The notes beneath the pieces are model-generated. The model was not told the DNA's origin and made no database searches. It saw only the letters and a program-made list of their open reading frames with translations. 64,000 nucleotides of DNA from Myxococcota bacterium (GTDB lineage Bacteria > Myxococcota_A > SURF-8): NCBI GenBank assembly GCA_965140415.1, contig OZ223209.1:1184001-1248000 (forward strand). Direction: 5' to 3'. Shown here in pieces: positions 9,050-17,677 of the stretch (the stretch's first letter is position 1; each line of letters starts with the position of its first letter). The position numbers and the translations under genes are program-made.

Positions 9050-12000
9050 TTACCGTTTTCCCAGCCATGACTCAAAAGTAGGCCAAACTAAACTATTTTG
9101 CTTCTCCAGAAGATAAATATAGGCCTTTCTTTCATCTCCCATAATTTGGATCAACCTGTCCAGATATGGCTTTCGGTTAATTCTAACTTCGGAATCTTTT
9201 TTTCGAGCGTGCCATCCTGCTAAAATCTTTCTTCTAAGTTCACTCTCTTCCGAATTAGTCTCGACGTATTGGATGGTGATACCTTTTTCGATTTCCTGCT
9301 GTTCCCAGTGTTGTCTTGCGGAGATTGGGGCTTGGAGACTATTTTCTTCTTCTTCCGCAATGTCGATTTGTTTAATAGCAAAGACTTTTCTCACAAGCTC
9401 TTCAGTGATCATCTTCGAGTCGGAATTGCCTTTATGGATATGGCAGGAATATGTGAAGTTTTTCAGTTCACGAACGTTCTCCGGCCAATGGTACAGATTG
9501 AGCAAGTATAACGCTTCTGCCGTGATTCCTTCGAATACAGGCTGTTTGCCATTTTTTCCTTCGAATACAGGCTGTTTGCCATCTTTCTCATACTGTAAAT
9601 TGAACCAGTTGATGAGAAGTGGTATATCGGATTTTCTTTTCCGCAATGGAGGAATCTCGATTCGACAAAGATTGATTCTGGAAACGAAGTCGGCATTGAA
9701 GTGTTCCCGGTTGTCAGTATTCTCATTTGTTGCGAAAATAAATCGCACATCAATCTTTTTCTCAGTGTCGCTTCCAACTTGCTTGATCTCTTTTTTATCC
9801 AGGACCGTATTCATGGAGGTCTGGATGTTTTTTTTAAGACAGTGGCATTCGTCGATGTGTATCGTACCACCTTTATTCTCTACGATAATACCTTTTCGTT
9901 CCTTACCCGCTCCGGTATAGGCACCTGGCTTATGGCCAAACAAATCCGACCCATTCAGTTCATCGGTAAGATTGGCCGCATTGATTTCACCAAACGGTTT
10001 ATGATATTTGCTCTGGGCACTGCAGGCCATAGCGACCTCTCGCTTTCCTGTGCCCATCTCGCCTACCAATAGAATCGGAAAGTTCAAACCGGCGTATTTA
10101 GAAATGTAATTATTCACTTCCTGCTGCGCTTTCGATACTCCGATCAGGCGATAGCAGTATGGGGTCTTACTTCTGTCTCTACTTTTTTCATCCTCATTAT
10201 CCTTTTCCATCATGCAGAACTGATTGAGGGTTTCCTCATCTACAAATCGATAATCGGAAAGGTGCATTTTATTACTCAGAAGTATTTGCAATGACTTCGA
10301 AAACAGTTTGATTTCTTCTTTTTCTTGTAGGGAAAACGCAAGATCATCACCCGTGCTGACACGTTCACGGAACAATTCGATTACCAGCATGATCTCGCCA
10401 GAGTCGTTTAGAATCGGAAAACCGAGATAACTTATGATCGTTTTATTAGAACCGGGATCGAAGTAAGGAACGTTAAGAAAGTAAGGACGCCCTCCTTCTT
10501 CAATTCTATGTTTCATGGATGGGCGTTCAACGATTTCATCTTTCCGTAATACAATTGAGATGAGATCGTTCTCTTCTTCCTCACTGGAGAAAAGATGCTG
10601 CTCCAATATCTCCCTATCTTTTTCGGAGATTATTTCAGCAAGTTTTCCCGTTATCGTATGTACCTTCGCTATGCGATTTCCCTGGTTGGGATAGCATTTA
10701 TAAATGATTCCAGAAATACCTGAACCGTCGGCATCGATTGAATTGGACAGGTGTTCGAGAAGATGATCGATATCAAGCCATTTCTTGTCTTGATTGAAAT
10801 CTTTCAGCCAATCGTGAGGACTGATAGAAATCTTTTTCTGTTCATCCTTGAATACATACCGTCCAACCACGCTGGCCCAGCTTTCAATCAGTTCTCTCCG
10901 CCCATCCTGCTTCAAGGAGGTATATGTTTCCATGAGCAATGAGCCAATCAAGCGGCCGTCGATGACAATAGGAATTGCCAATTTCGTGTCTTCTGAAACG
11001 GACTTCTTTCCTTTGCTCCACGAATCCAGAACCTTTTCCAATAAATCGGATTCTATTTTTTCCCTTTTCTGTCTTAAGCGCTCCGATTCAGGCTTACTAT
11101 CGAATTCGTTTTTAATGGGAAATCGATGAATGTTGCTCCACCATTGGGTTTCATCTGAAACAGCAGCCAGATTTCCAGAGACGGCTGCAAATTTCTTCAG
11201 AACAAACCATTTAATAGATATTGTGTCTTGAAGAATATGCAGCAACATCCGAGTCATCGCATCAACTTGCAGTGGCACATTCCCAACGAAGCTTAGAATC
11301 ATTGCCAGAAAGTTGCGAAAGTCGGTAGTCGAATCTTCAATTTGCGGTTTTGCGGCTTTATAGGCCATGTACAGGCCTGCAATCTGTGCATATTCCTCGT
11401 AGAGTAACTGCGTGATATGTTCATCATAAGTATTGCGATTGTTAGAACCGGCCTCTAGAGTTCCTAGAAGATTCTTTCCGAATATAATGGGAGTAACGAT
11501 CTCGGATTTTAATTCCTTATTCATTTCGTGATAGCCGATCCGATAGTCACCATCTCGTTCGTTGCCGTTCTGGTTTATCAGAAATTGTTTTCCATCGATT
11601 TTGTGAATGAAGCCCCGTACGGGTTTTGCATATTTGGCCACATGGCATGTAGTGGAATTGAGAGACTCTTCTTCGATATTCCATGAAATATCTTCCTCCC
11701 ACTTTGCACCGACTTTACAGACAACCCGCAATTCGTTGTCAGTATCGGTCTTTCCCAGAATCACTTTCGAAATCGATCCCCAGATAACCCAGCCTTCATA
11801 CCGTGGCTGACTTTCGATTGTTGCCTTAAGCAAGCGCTGTAAAATATCGAGATCCTCATCCGATTGTATATCTGGCTGGCTTTCTGCTTTTACTTCTTTT
11901 TCTTTTACTTCCTTCAATTGCAACTTGGAGAACAGCTCACTGTCCTGTATGAATCGACTGATTGACCGCCAGGCATTGGTATAGTGGATCAAGTCCAGTT

Positions 12001-13492
12001 GATGTCTCTTCTTCTCCTCTATGGTATTGGTGTCGTTGCCTTTTTCTCCTCTACCAAGGGAGCGGGTATCGAAATGGCGAACGAGTAATCCCAGGCAATC
12101 AGCAGCCAATTTCAATTTATCCAAATCGCCTTCTTCTATTTCCTCTTTATGCGTTTCCACATTGAGGATGCCCATTACCTCCTTATGCCAATATGCTTTA
12201 AAGGCGATATTTCTGCGTGTTCCAGGAAAAAGAATATGATGCTTATCGGTCCAACCCTTCTGGACTTCCATCTTAGTTTCATTTGGAGCACCTTCGGATT
12301 TTTGGTTTTTCTTCTTTTCCTCGTTCTCTTTCCATTCCAAGCTAGGTTCATCGTCTTCAAAAAGACGCCCAACTACTCCATGACCTTTTGGATATTCCGT
12401 AAGTAAAAGGAAACTACGACCAAGTTTTCCTGCAATGGCAGAGAGTTGCAATGAATCGGTTCCTGGAATTGGCTTATGAAAACTGAAGTTATAATTTGGA
12501 AAAGCACTGGATAGCGCAGCCAATGCCATTTGCAGCGATTCTCCTGGTCCAACAGAATTGTTTAAAAGGTAGATAGATCGATTTTGAGCACGGATCGCTT
12601 TGCGGCCTGGTCTTTTCAATTGCCAGCGACGAAAAATGCGCTGCAAGATCATGAGCGGCTCTTTCAAGCTCTCATAGATCGATTCGACCTTTGTTTTGGT
12701 GTCTTTTTGACTGGTGTGAAAGATCGGCTCGTTAAACACCAAGCTTAGAACTCCGATCGGTTTGATCACGGGAGTCGCCAGTTTTGCAGAATCAGGACAA
12801 GGTTTTGACCAGGCACATAAACATGAAGTCTTATTTTCATCTTCATTGATATCTGGATATACATCTAGCTTTTCTATCCCTGGCGGTAAAATCGGATCGA
12901 ATAGAGGAATGCTAAGACTGGCCTGCGCTGCAACGTTTTCCTTAAGTTTGGTCGGTTTAATATCGACATAGGCAGGGCAGGATTGTTTACTTGAAGCAAG
13001 ATCGACTGCACAGAGCTTTCCGGACAGTAAAACCTGCCCGGATAATCCCAGGCGGCGAATCTCTGGAACTCTTTTCTTTGGTATAGAGATTCGTGAAACG
13101 TGAGTGAGGCAGGCGGAAGGTCCATAGCGGCAGGGCTTAATTAGCAGTTCTCCCATAATTTCTTCCTTAAACACCTCCTGCATATATTCCTTTTTCAAGT
13201 CTGAGAGATGCAAGGTTCCAAGCACCATCATCGGTGGGTTTTCAAGATCCAGGATCTTGTTTCCAGAAAATAGGGAGGACATATAAATCAACAGGTGTTG
13301 CAGGGCATTGTCATAGCCTCGCCCCCGAAGGAGATAATTGTCGCTTTCCGTGTCTAGAAGCCAATTCAATCGCCTTTTTGCAATTTCACCTGCATCCACA
13401 GGGTTTTCATCTGCATATTTGTATAGAATATCTAATTCGGTGGTAGACCAGTCATCTAGGCTGATATTATATGGATTTATTGTCTTTTCCAT
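9050..13492 (-). CDS. Giant (~1480 aa) sigma54 enhancer-binding protein with multiple GAF-like domains
   Basis: ATG 13492 after GGAGGA; GAF-like strands (PIGVLSLVF, VMGILNVET, SEIVTPIIFGKNLLGTLEA, LAIPIVIDGRLIGSL, SYLGFPI); AAA+ GEMGTGK, LFGHKPGAYTGA, IDE, RFIFATNE, PPLRKRKSDI, WPENVRELKN. Confidence 0.88.
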   Translation of the reverse strand: MEKTINPYNISLDDWSTTELDILYKYADENPVDAGEIAKRRLNWLLDTESDNYLLRGRGYDNALQHLLIYMSSLFSGNKILDLENPPMMVLGTLHLSDLKKEYMQEVFKEEIMGELLIKPCRYGPSACLTHVSRISIPKKRVPEIRRLGLSGQVLLSGKLCAVDLASSKQSCPAYVDIKPTKLKENVAAQASLSIPLFDPILPPGIEKLDVYPDINEDENKTSCLCAWSKPCPDSAKLATPVIKPIGVLSLVFNEPIFHTSQKDTKTKVESIYESLKEPLMILQRIFRRWQLKRPGRKAIRAQNRSIYLLNNSVGPGESLQMALAALSSAFPNYNFSFHKPIPGTDSLQLSAIAGKLGRSFLLLTEYPKGHGVVGRLFEDDEPSLEWKENEEKKKNQKSEGAPNETKMEVQKGWTDKHHILFPGTRRNIAFKAYWHKEVMGILNVETHKEEIEEGDLDKLKLAADCLGLLVRHFDTRSLGRGEKGNDTNTIEEKKRHQLDLIHYTNAWRSISRFIQDSELFSKLQLKEVKEKEVKAESQPDIQSDEDLDILQRLLKATIESQPRYEGWVIWGSISKVILGKTDTDNELRVVCKVGAKWEEDISWNIEEESLNSTTCHVAKYAKPVRGFIHKIDGKQFLINQNGNERDGDYRIGYHEMNKELKSEIVTPIIFGKNLLGTLEAGSNNRNTYDEHITQLLYEEYAQIAGLYMAYKAAKPQIEDSTTDFRNFLAMILSFVGNVPLQVDAMTRMLLHILQDTISIKWFVLKKFAAVSGNLAAVSDETQWWSNIHRFPIKNEFDSKPESERLRQKREKIESDLLEKVLDSWSKGKKSVSEDTKLAIPIVIDGRLIGSLLMETYTSLKQDGRRELIESWASVVGRYVFKDEQKKISISPHDWLKDFNQDKKWLDIDHLLEHLSNSIDADGSGISGIIYKCYPNQGNRIAKVHTITGKLAEIISEKDREILEQHLFSSEEEENDLISIVLRKDEIVERPSMKHRIEEGGRPYFLNVPYFDPGSNKTIISYLGFPILNDSGEIMLVIELFRERVSTGDDLAFSLQEKEEIKLFSKSLQILLSNKMHLSDYRFVDEETLNQFCMMEKDNEDEKSRDRSKTPYCYRLIGVSKAQQEVNNYISKYAGLNFPILLVGEMGTGKREVAMACSAQSKYHKPFGEINAANLTDELNGSDLFGHKPGAYTGAGKERKGIIVENKGGTIHIDECHCLKKNIQTSMNTVLDKKEIKQVGSDTEKKIDVRFIFATNENTDNREHFNADFVSRINLCRIEIPPLRKRKSDIPLLINWFNLQYEKDGKQPVFEGKNGKQPVFEGITAEALYLLNLYHWPENVRELKNFTYSCHIHKGNSDSKMITEELVRKVFAIKQIDIAEEEENSLQAPISARQHWEQQEIEKGITIQYVETNSEESELRRKILAGWHARKKDSEVRINRKPYLDRLIQIMGDERKAYIYLLEKQNSLVWPTFESWLGKR

Positions 13493-13790
13493 AGAATCCT
13501 CCAAATTGAAGAATCGTATTATCGTAAAATAAAAGATAAAAAATAATAATATAATATTAGAAAAACTGAAATAAAAAAATAGAAAAACAGTAAAGTACAA
13601 AAATATAGAATAATACATCAAATAAAAATAAAGAATAAAAAATAAAAAACAATATAACAGGTAAAAATACCAATAATAATTTAGATAAACTATGCAAATA
13701 ACAAAATTATTATATTCAATATAAATACTATCCTAAAATGAAAATCCTATCATTATGAAATAACATGTAAAAATGTCGTTCATTTCAAAT

Positions 13791-13806
13791 TGGTATCCCG
13801 ATTGCA
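13791..13806 (+). promoter_or_regulatory. sigma54 -24/-12 promoter
   Basis: TGGTATCCCGATTGCA = GG-N10-GC; follows an AT-rich tract and is divergent from a sigma54 activator. Confidence 0.7.
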
Positions 13807-14015
13807 AATAAATAGCGATACGAATTTTGCGAAAGGGAGAAAATGAGATGCCAAGAGTTTGCCAGTGTCTAGCACACCGAAATTGCAAAAACACTCCGAT
13901 TCTGGAAAGACCGCCGCCGTCGGTTTCAGCAACGTTGGAGATCGGCGAGAAATCAGGTCATTCAGGTTTTTTGCGGACAGAGTCCGAAACCAGAAACTAC
14001 GAAAAGGAAAAAGCA

Positions 14016-16928
14016 ATGCTAACCACTTTTAAGTATTTCATGAAGGCCTTGATGATATTATTCATCATGAACGGCTGTAGCGGCCCCGAGATTCCCTTGG
14101 GCGAAGGCGACACCGACACGACATCAGGTGAAGAGCCGACCAGTGAAACCTCGGGAACATTTCTTCTTACATCGACTCTTGGAAACCTTCCCGAGGGTTT
14201 TACCGGGAACGGGACAGTTACGGCGTTCGATGAAGAAGGCATCGCCAGTCAATATGCGTGTCAGGTCGAAAATCGCGACAACGATTCCGGCAAGACCGTG
14301 TTTTCCTGCGGTCCATACAAGATCGAAGCGATACCACACCGCTTTATTTTGGAGGTCTTCGACGCCACCACACAACAGCTTTTCTGCCAGGCGAAAAGCG
14401 ATTTCGTTTCCATCGCTGCCGGTACGATTACTCCTGTGGATCTGGGACTCTGTGTGGGGGTAGAAATCGAGGGCGAGGACGGAGTAGGCGACGCCTACGT
14501 TGTCTTGTATTCCGAATACGAACCGATCTACCTCAGAACGCCGCCACTGAACACGGTCGTCAAAGAACTGACCCGTGAGTTCAGTGTGAGCACTCCCCTA
14601 CAGGAAGGCATCGAAACCTATCACTTCATCCTGGATCGACTTTCCATTCCCGGCATTGGTGAGGAAGTCGAAATCGAAACGTTGGGAAGCTGTGAAACAA
14701 CAGAGCCGACCTGTACGTTCTCAGACATCCCCTCCAAGAGCGTTTTCAATATTACTGGCTTTGTCAGCGCCCTTGGCGTTGATGGTCCAAGCATGACCGT
14801 TATGTTGGACACCAACGACTGGAGAGAAGACCCTGTCGACGGTGATGTCACTGACGGTGATGTCGTTGACGGTGATGTCACTGACGGTGATGTTATTGAC
14901 GGTGATGTTACTGACGGTGATGTCGTTGATGGTGATGTCGTTGATGGTGATGTCACTGATGGTGATGTCACTGATGGTGATGAAGAACTACCCACCGGAG
15001 GTTCAACCATCAACTTCATCGGCGCAATCGACAAACCTTTTGAAAATACATATGCCACACGATATTTTGCTCAAGAAACTGATCGTGGCGTACATTTAGG
15101 CCAGGATCTCCGTGCAGCAGTAGGAACCCAGGTTAGAGCCGGATGTACCGGCCCCGTCTCGTTTAGTAGCGATACGGTATCCGGTTACGGTTCCACTAGT
15201 GGTGCAGACGGAAGCGTCACCTTACAGAACTGCACCGACATCGACATAGCTGCGACGATGAATTACGGGCACTGCACATCAACTGGGATTGCGGAGGTTG
15301 GTGACGTTATACAACGTGGCGATGTTATTTGTGAAGTCGCAGAATTCTATGGGCCTGATGGTGTGACATCATGGGCTCATCTACATGAGGCTTGCCGCAT
15401 CGGACACTACGGAGTTGACCCGGGCAACTACCTGATCGGTTATGCCAACGGTGCAGAGCAGCCGATCTCCAATGGCGGAAGCTGGGTTGACCCGGCTACG
15501 CTCGATCCGGAGAACCTCGATCCCTGTGTGGGTCTCGACGACGGCACCTACTGTGGTGACAACGGCTTGTACAACTACGCGGGTGATGCCGAGGATCTGG
15601 TTGAATGTAAAGAGGGTGTCATTGTGGATTTGACGGCCTGTACCCATGGTTGCGTTCGTAACGAGCAGGGTTACAACGACACCTGCAACCAGGGTTCCTC
15701 TGAAACCTGCGATGGCGTGGACAACGACTTCGACGGTCTGGTTGATGAGGATTACGGCATTGGCACCGCTTGCCAGGGCAAAGGCGAGTGCGGCACCGGC
15801 ACGATGGAATGTGACGGTCCCTATGCGTCCCGTTGCTCCACCGATATCGGTGGTAGCGAGTATGCTGGTAGCAATGACGTTTGCAACAACCTCGACGACG
15901 ATTGCGACGGCAATACCGACGAGGATTACAGCATCGGCTCCAGCTGCCTGGGTAAAGGCGAGTGCGGCTGGGGTGTGTTCGAGTGCAACGGGATCTATGC
16001 CAATCGTTGCTCGACCGATGCGGGCGGCAGTGAGTACGATGGGTCGACGGAAGTCTGCGACGGTCTGGATAACGACTGCGACGGCTCCGTGGACGAGGGC
16101 TATAGCATCGGTTCCAGCTGCAACGGAGTCGGGGCTTGCGGCTATGGCGAATACGAGTGTAACGGCCTGTACGGCACGCGTTGCTCGACCGATGCGGGCG
16201 GGAGCGAGTACGACGGCTCGACCGAGCTCTGCAACAACCTCGACGACGATTGCGATGGCAGCACCGACGAGGGCTATAGCATCGGTTCCAGCTGCAACGG
16301 AGTCGGGGCTTGCGGCTACGGTGAGTACGAGTGTAACGGCCTGTACAACAAACGCTGTTCCACCGACATAGGAGGCAGCGATTATGACGGCACGACGGAA
16401 GTCTGCGACGGTCTGGACAACGACTGCGACGGCTCCGTGGACGAGGGCAGCTCGCTTTGCGGCACCGATCAGATCTGCCAGGCCGGTTCCTGCGTCGATT
16501 CTTACTACATCACTGCGGATTACGAAGACGACTACTCCCCCTCCGGCGTTTGTGACACGGCTGTCAGCCGTGCCCTTTACCGGATGCAAGTCATCTATAT
16601 CGATGGCAATTTTGTTACCCTACGAGTGAAGAAATGCACCGATACGGCCCAGAGCTCGGGACGCATTTACTGGATCGTGACAGGCGAGCACATCTATCCT
16701 CAGGAGTCACTGATCAACGCGTATGTGCCTCGGGTTTCCGGAACCTGGAGCAGCACGATCACCAAGACGATCTACAATGTTCCGGTGTGGCCGGATGTAG
16801 CCAGTCTTCGTGAAGCTGCCTGCGGAGAAACGAAGCGCTTGTTCGTTATCACCGATGGCTCCGACACGGTAGGGGAGCGGATTTGGTACCAGTACCGCAG
16901 CGTGCAATTCACCAAGGTTTGCCGATAA
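14016..16928 (+). CDS. Lipoprotein with M23 peptidase domain, (DGDVx)n linker and MopE-type Cys/Asp repeats (frame open from 13827; ATG 13848 also possible)
   Basis: Lipobox-like IMNGC; HLGQD (HxxxD), YGH, HLH (HxH); five CDGxDNDCDGxxDE-type motifs at 58-aa period. Confidence 0.85.
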   Translation: MLTTFKYFMKALMILFIMNGCSGPEIPLGEGDTDTTSGEEPTSETSGTFLLTSTLGNLPEGFTGNGTVTAFDEEGIASQYACQVENRDNDSGKTVFSCGPYKIEAIPHRFILEVFDATTQQLFCQAKSDFVSIAAGTITPVDLGLCVGVEIEGEDGVGDAYVVLYSEYEPIYLRTPPLNTVVKELTREFSVSTPLQEGIETYHFILDRLSIPGIGEEVEIETLGSCETTEPTCTFSDIPSKSVFNITGFVSALGVDGPSMTVMLDTNDWREDPVDGDVTDGDVVDGDVTDGDVIDGDVTDGDVVDGDVVDGDVTDGDVTDGDEELPTGGSTINFIGAIDKPFENTYATRYFAQETDRGVHLGQDLRAAVGTQVRAGCTGPVSFSSDTVSGYGSTSGADGSVTLQNCTDIDIAATMNYGHCTSTGIAEVGDVIQRGDVICEVAEFYGPDGVTSWAHLHEACRIGHYGVDPGNYLIGYANGAEQPISNGGSWVDPATLDPENLDPCVGLDDGTYCGDNGLYNYAGDAEDLVECKEGVIVDLTACTHGCVRNEQGYNDTCNQGSSETCDGVDNDFDGLVDEDYGIGTACQGKGECGTGTMECDGPYASRCSTDIGGSEYAGSNDVCNNLDDDCDGNTDEDYSIGSSCLGKGECGWGVFECNGIYANRCSTDAGGSEYDGSTEVCDGLDNDCDGSVDEGYSIGSSCNGVGACGYGEYECNGLYGTRCSTDAGGSEYDGSTELCNNLDDDCDGSTDEGYSIGSSCNGVGACGYGEYECNGLYNKRCSTDIGGSDYDGTTEVCDGLDNDCDGSVDEGSSLCGTDQICQAGSCVDSYYITADYEDDYSPSGVCDTAVSRALYRMQVIYIDGNFVTLRVKKCTDTAQSSGRIYWIVTGEHIYPQESLINAYVPRVSGTWSSTITKTIYNVPVWPDVASLREAACGETKRLFVITDGSDTVGERIWYQYRSVQFTKVCR
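14838..14981 (+). repeat. 15-bp coding tandem repeat, ~9.6 copies (DGDVT/DGDVV)
   Basis: GAYGGTGATGTY-NNT units read directly. Confidence 0.95.
15700..16446 (+). repeat. 174-bp coding repeats (MopE-like metal-binding motif plus Cys-rich spacer)
   Basis: Near-identical blocks such as GGCTATAGCATCGGTTCCAGCTGCAACGGAGTCGGGGCTTGCGGCTA recur 174 bp apart. Confidence 0.9.
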
Positions 16929-16974
16929 GCCAGAAGTCATTGAAAAGTAACGGCTATTGGTGACAGTAGCATAA

Positions 16975-17001
16975 AAAAGGCGGGAGTTGCTCCCGCCTTT
17001 T
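16975..17001. terminator. Bidirectional intrinsic terminator
   Basis: AAAAGGCGGGAG-TTG-CTCCCGCCTTTT. Confidence 0.85.
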
Positions 17002-17677
17002 CCTTATGGAGCAGACTGGTTAACATCTCGCTGAAAGCAAGAGAATTTCATCTGATCAAGAGGTCGACAGGTTGCTCAGGCAATAAAATACTGAGTCGTA
17101 GGGTTGCTACGGTGGGAGAAAGAGGAAGACGAAAAGGCACTGGGAGCAGGGTTATTCTTTTTTTTCTTCTTCTTTCAGCCACTTAACTTGGGGGCTGAAA
17201 ATATTGCGGGATCTGAACAGAGAAAGACCTTTCCGCGGTTTCAAGCGGGGGGCGTCGTCCTCAAGGTAGTCGAAGCGATCTTGCGGAGCCCACATACCGT
17301 GCTCCACGCCAGCGCCGACTTGTTCGTAACTAACCACCCAACTTTCAGGACGCTTCATTTTCAAGCGCATTCTTTGTACCGTACTGTCTTACGTGCCCGT
17401 AGACAGCCCTTCCTTGGTGGTTCGACAATCAGCGGATTTTCTCTTCCGCCTTTTTGCCATTCTACCACTCCCGTTAAAAAAAATCAAATAAATAGAAGCT
17501 AACGAAGCCTTTCTCCTGGTGTCTTCCCCTGATGAAGATTTTTCGGTTTTACCCCGTTTCGGCGCTTCTGATTTACTACTGCATAGAACCGATGAATATC
17601 AGTTTCGGAGTTTTCAACTCCGTTTAAATTCTTAGTGAATTTTTGCCAGATTGAACAGGTGTTGTCAACAAAAAAAT

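Noticed and set aside
13493-13621. Hydrophobic N-terminal extension of the 1523-aa ORF
   Set aside because: Artefact of the AT-rich tract; a strong RBS precedes ATG 13492.
14838-16446. Repeats as a CRISPR array or DGR template repeat
   Set aside because: They are in-frame coding repeats with synonymous variation and no similarity to the DUF1566 variable region.
15381-16589. 402-aa minus-strand ORF (also 37999-39552, 36859-37863, 35996-36832, 58012-58725)
   Set aside because: Antisense shadows of well-supported GC3-rich genes, with no recognisable motifs.
17152-17460. Small minus-strand ORF with an in-frame TAA (readthrough or pseudogene)
   Set aside because: No recognisable homology, and TAA is not a known recoded codon here; cannot be supported.
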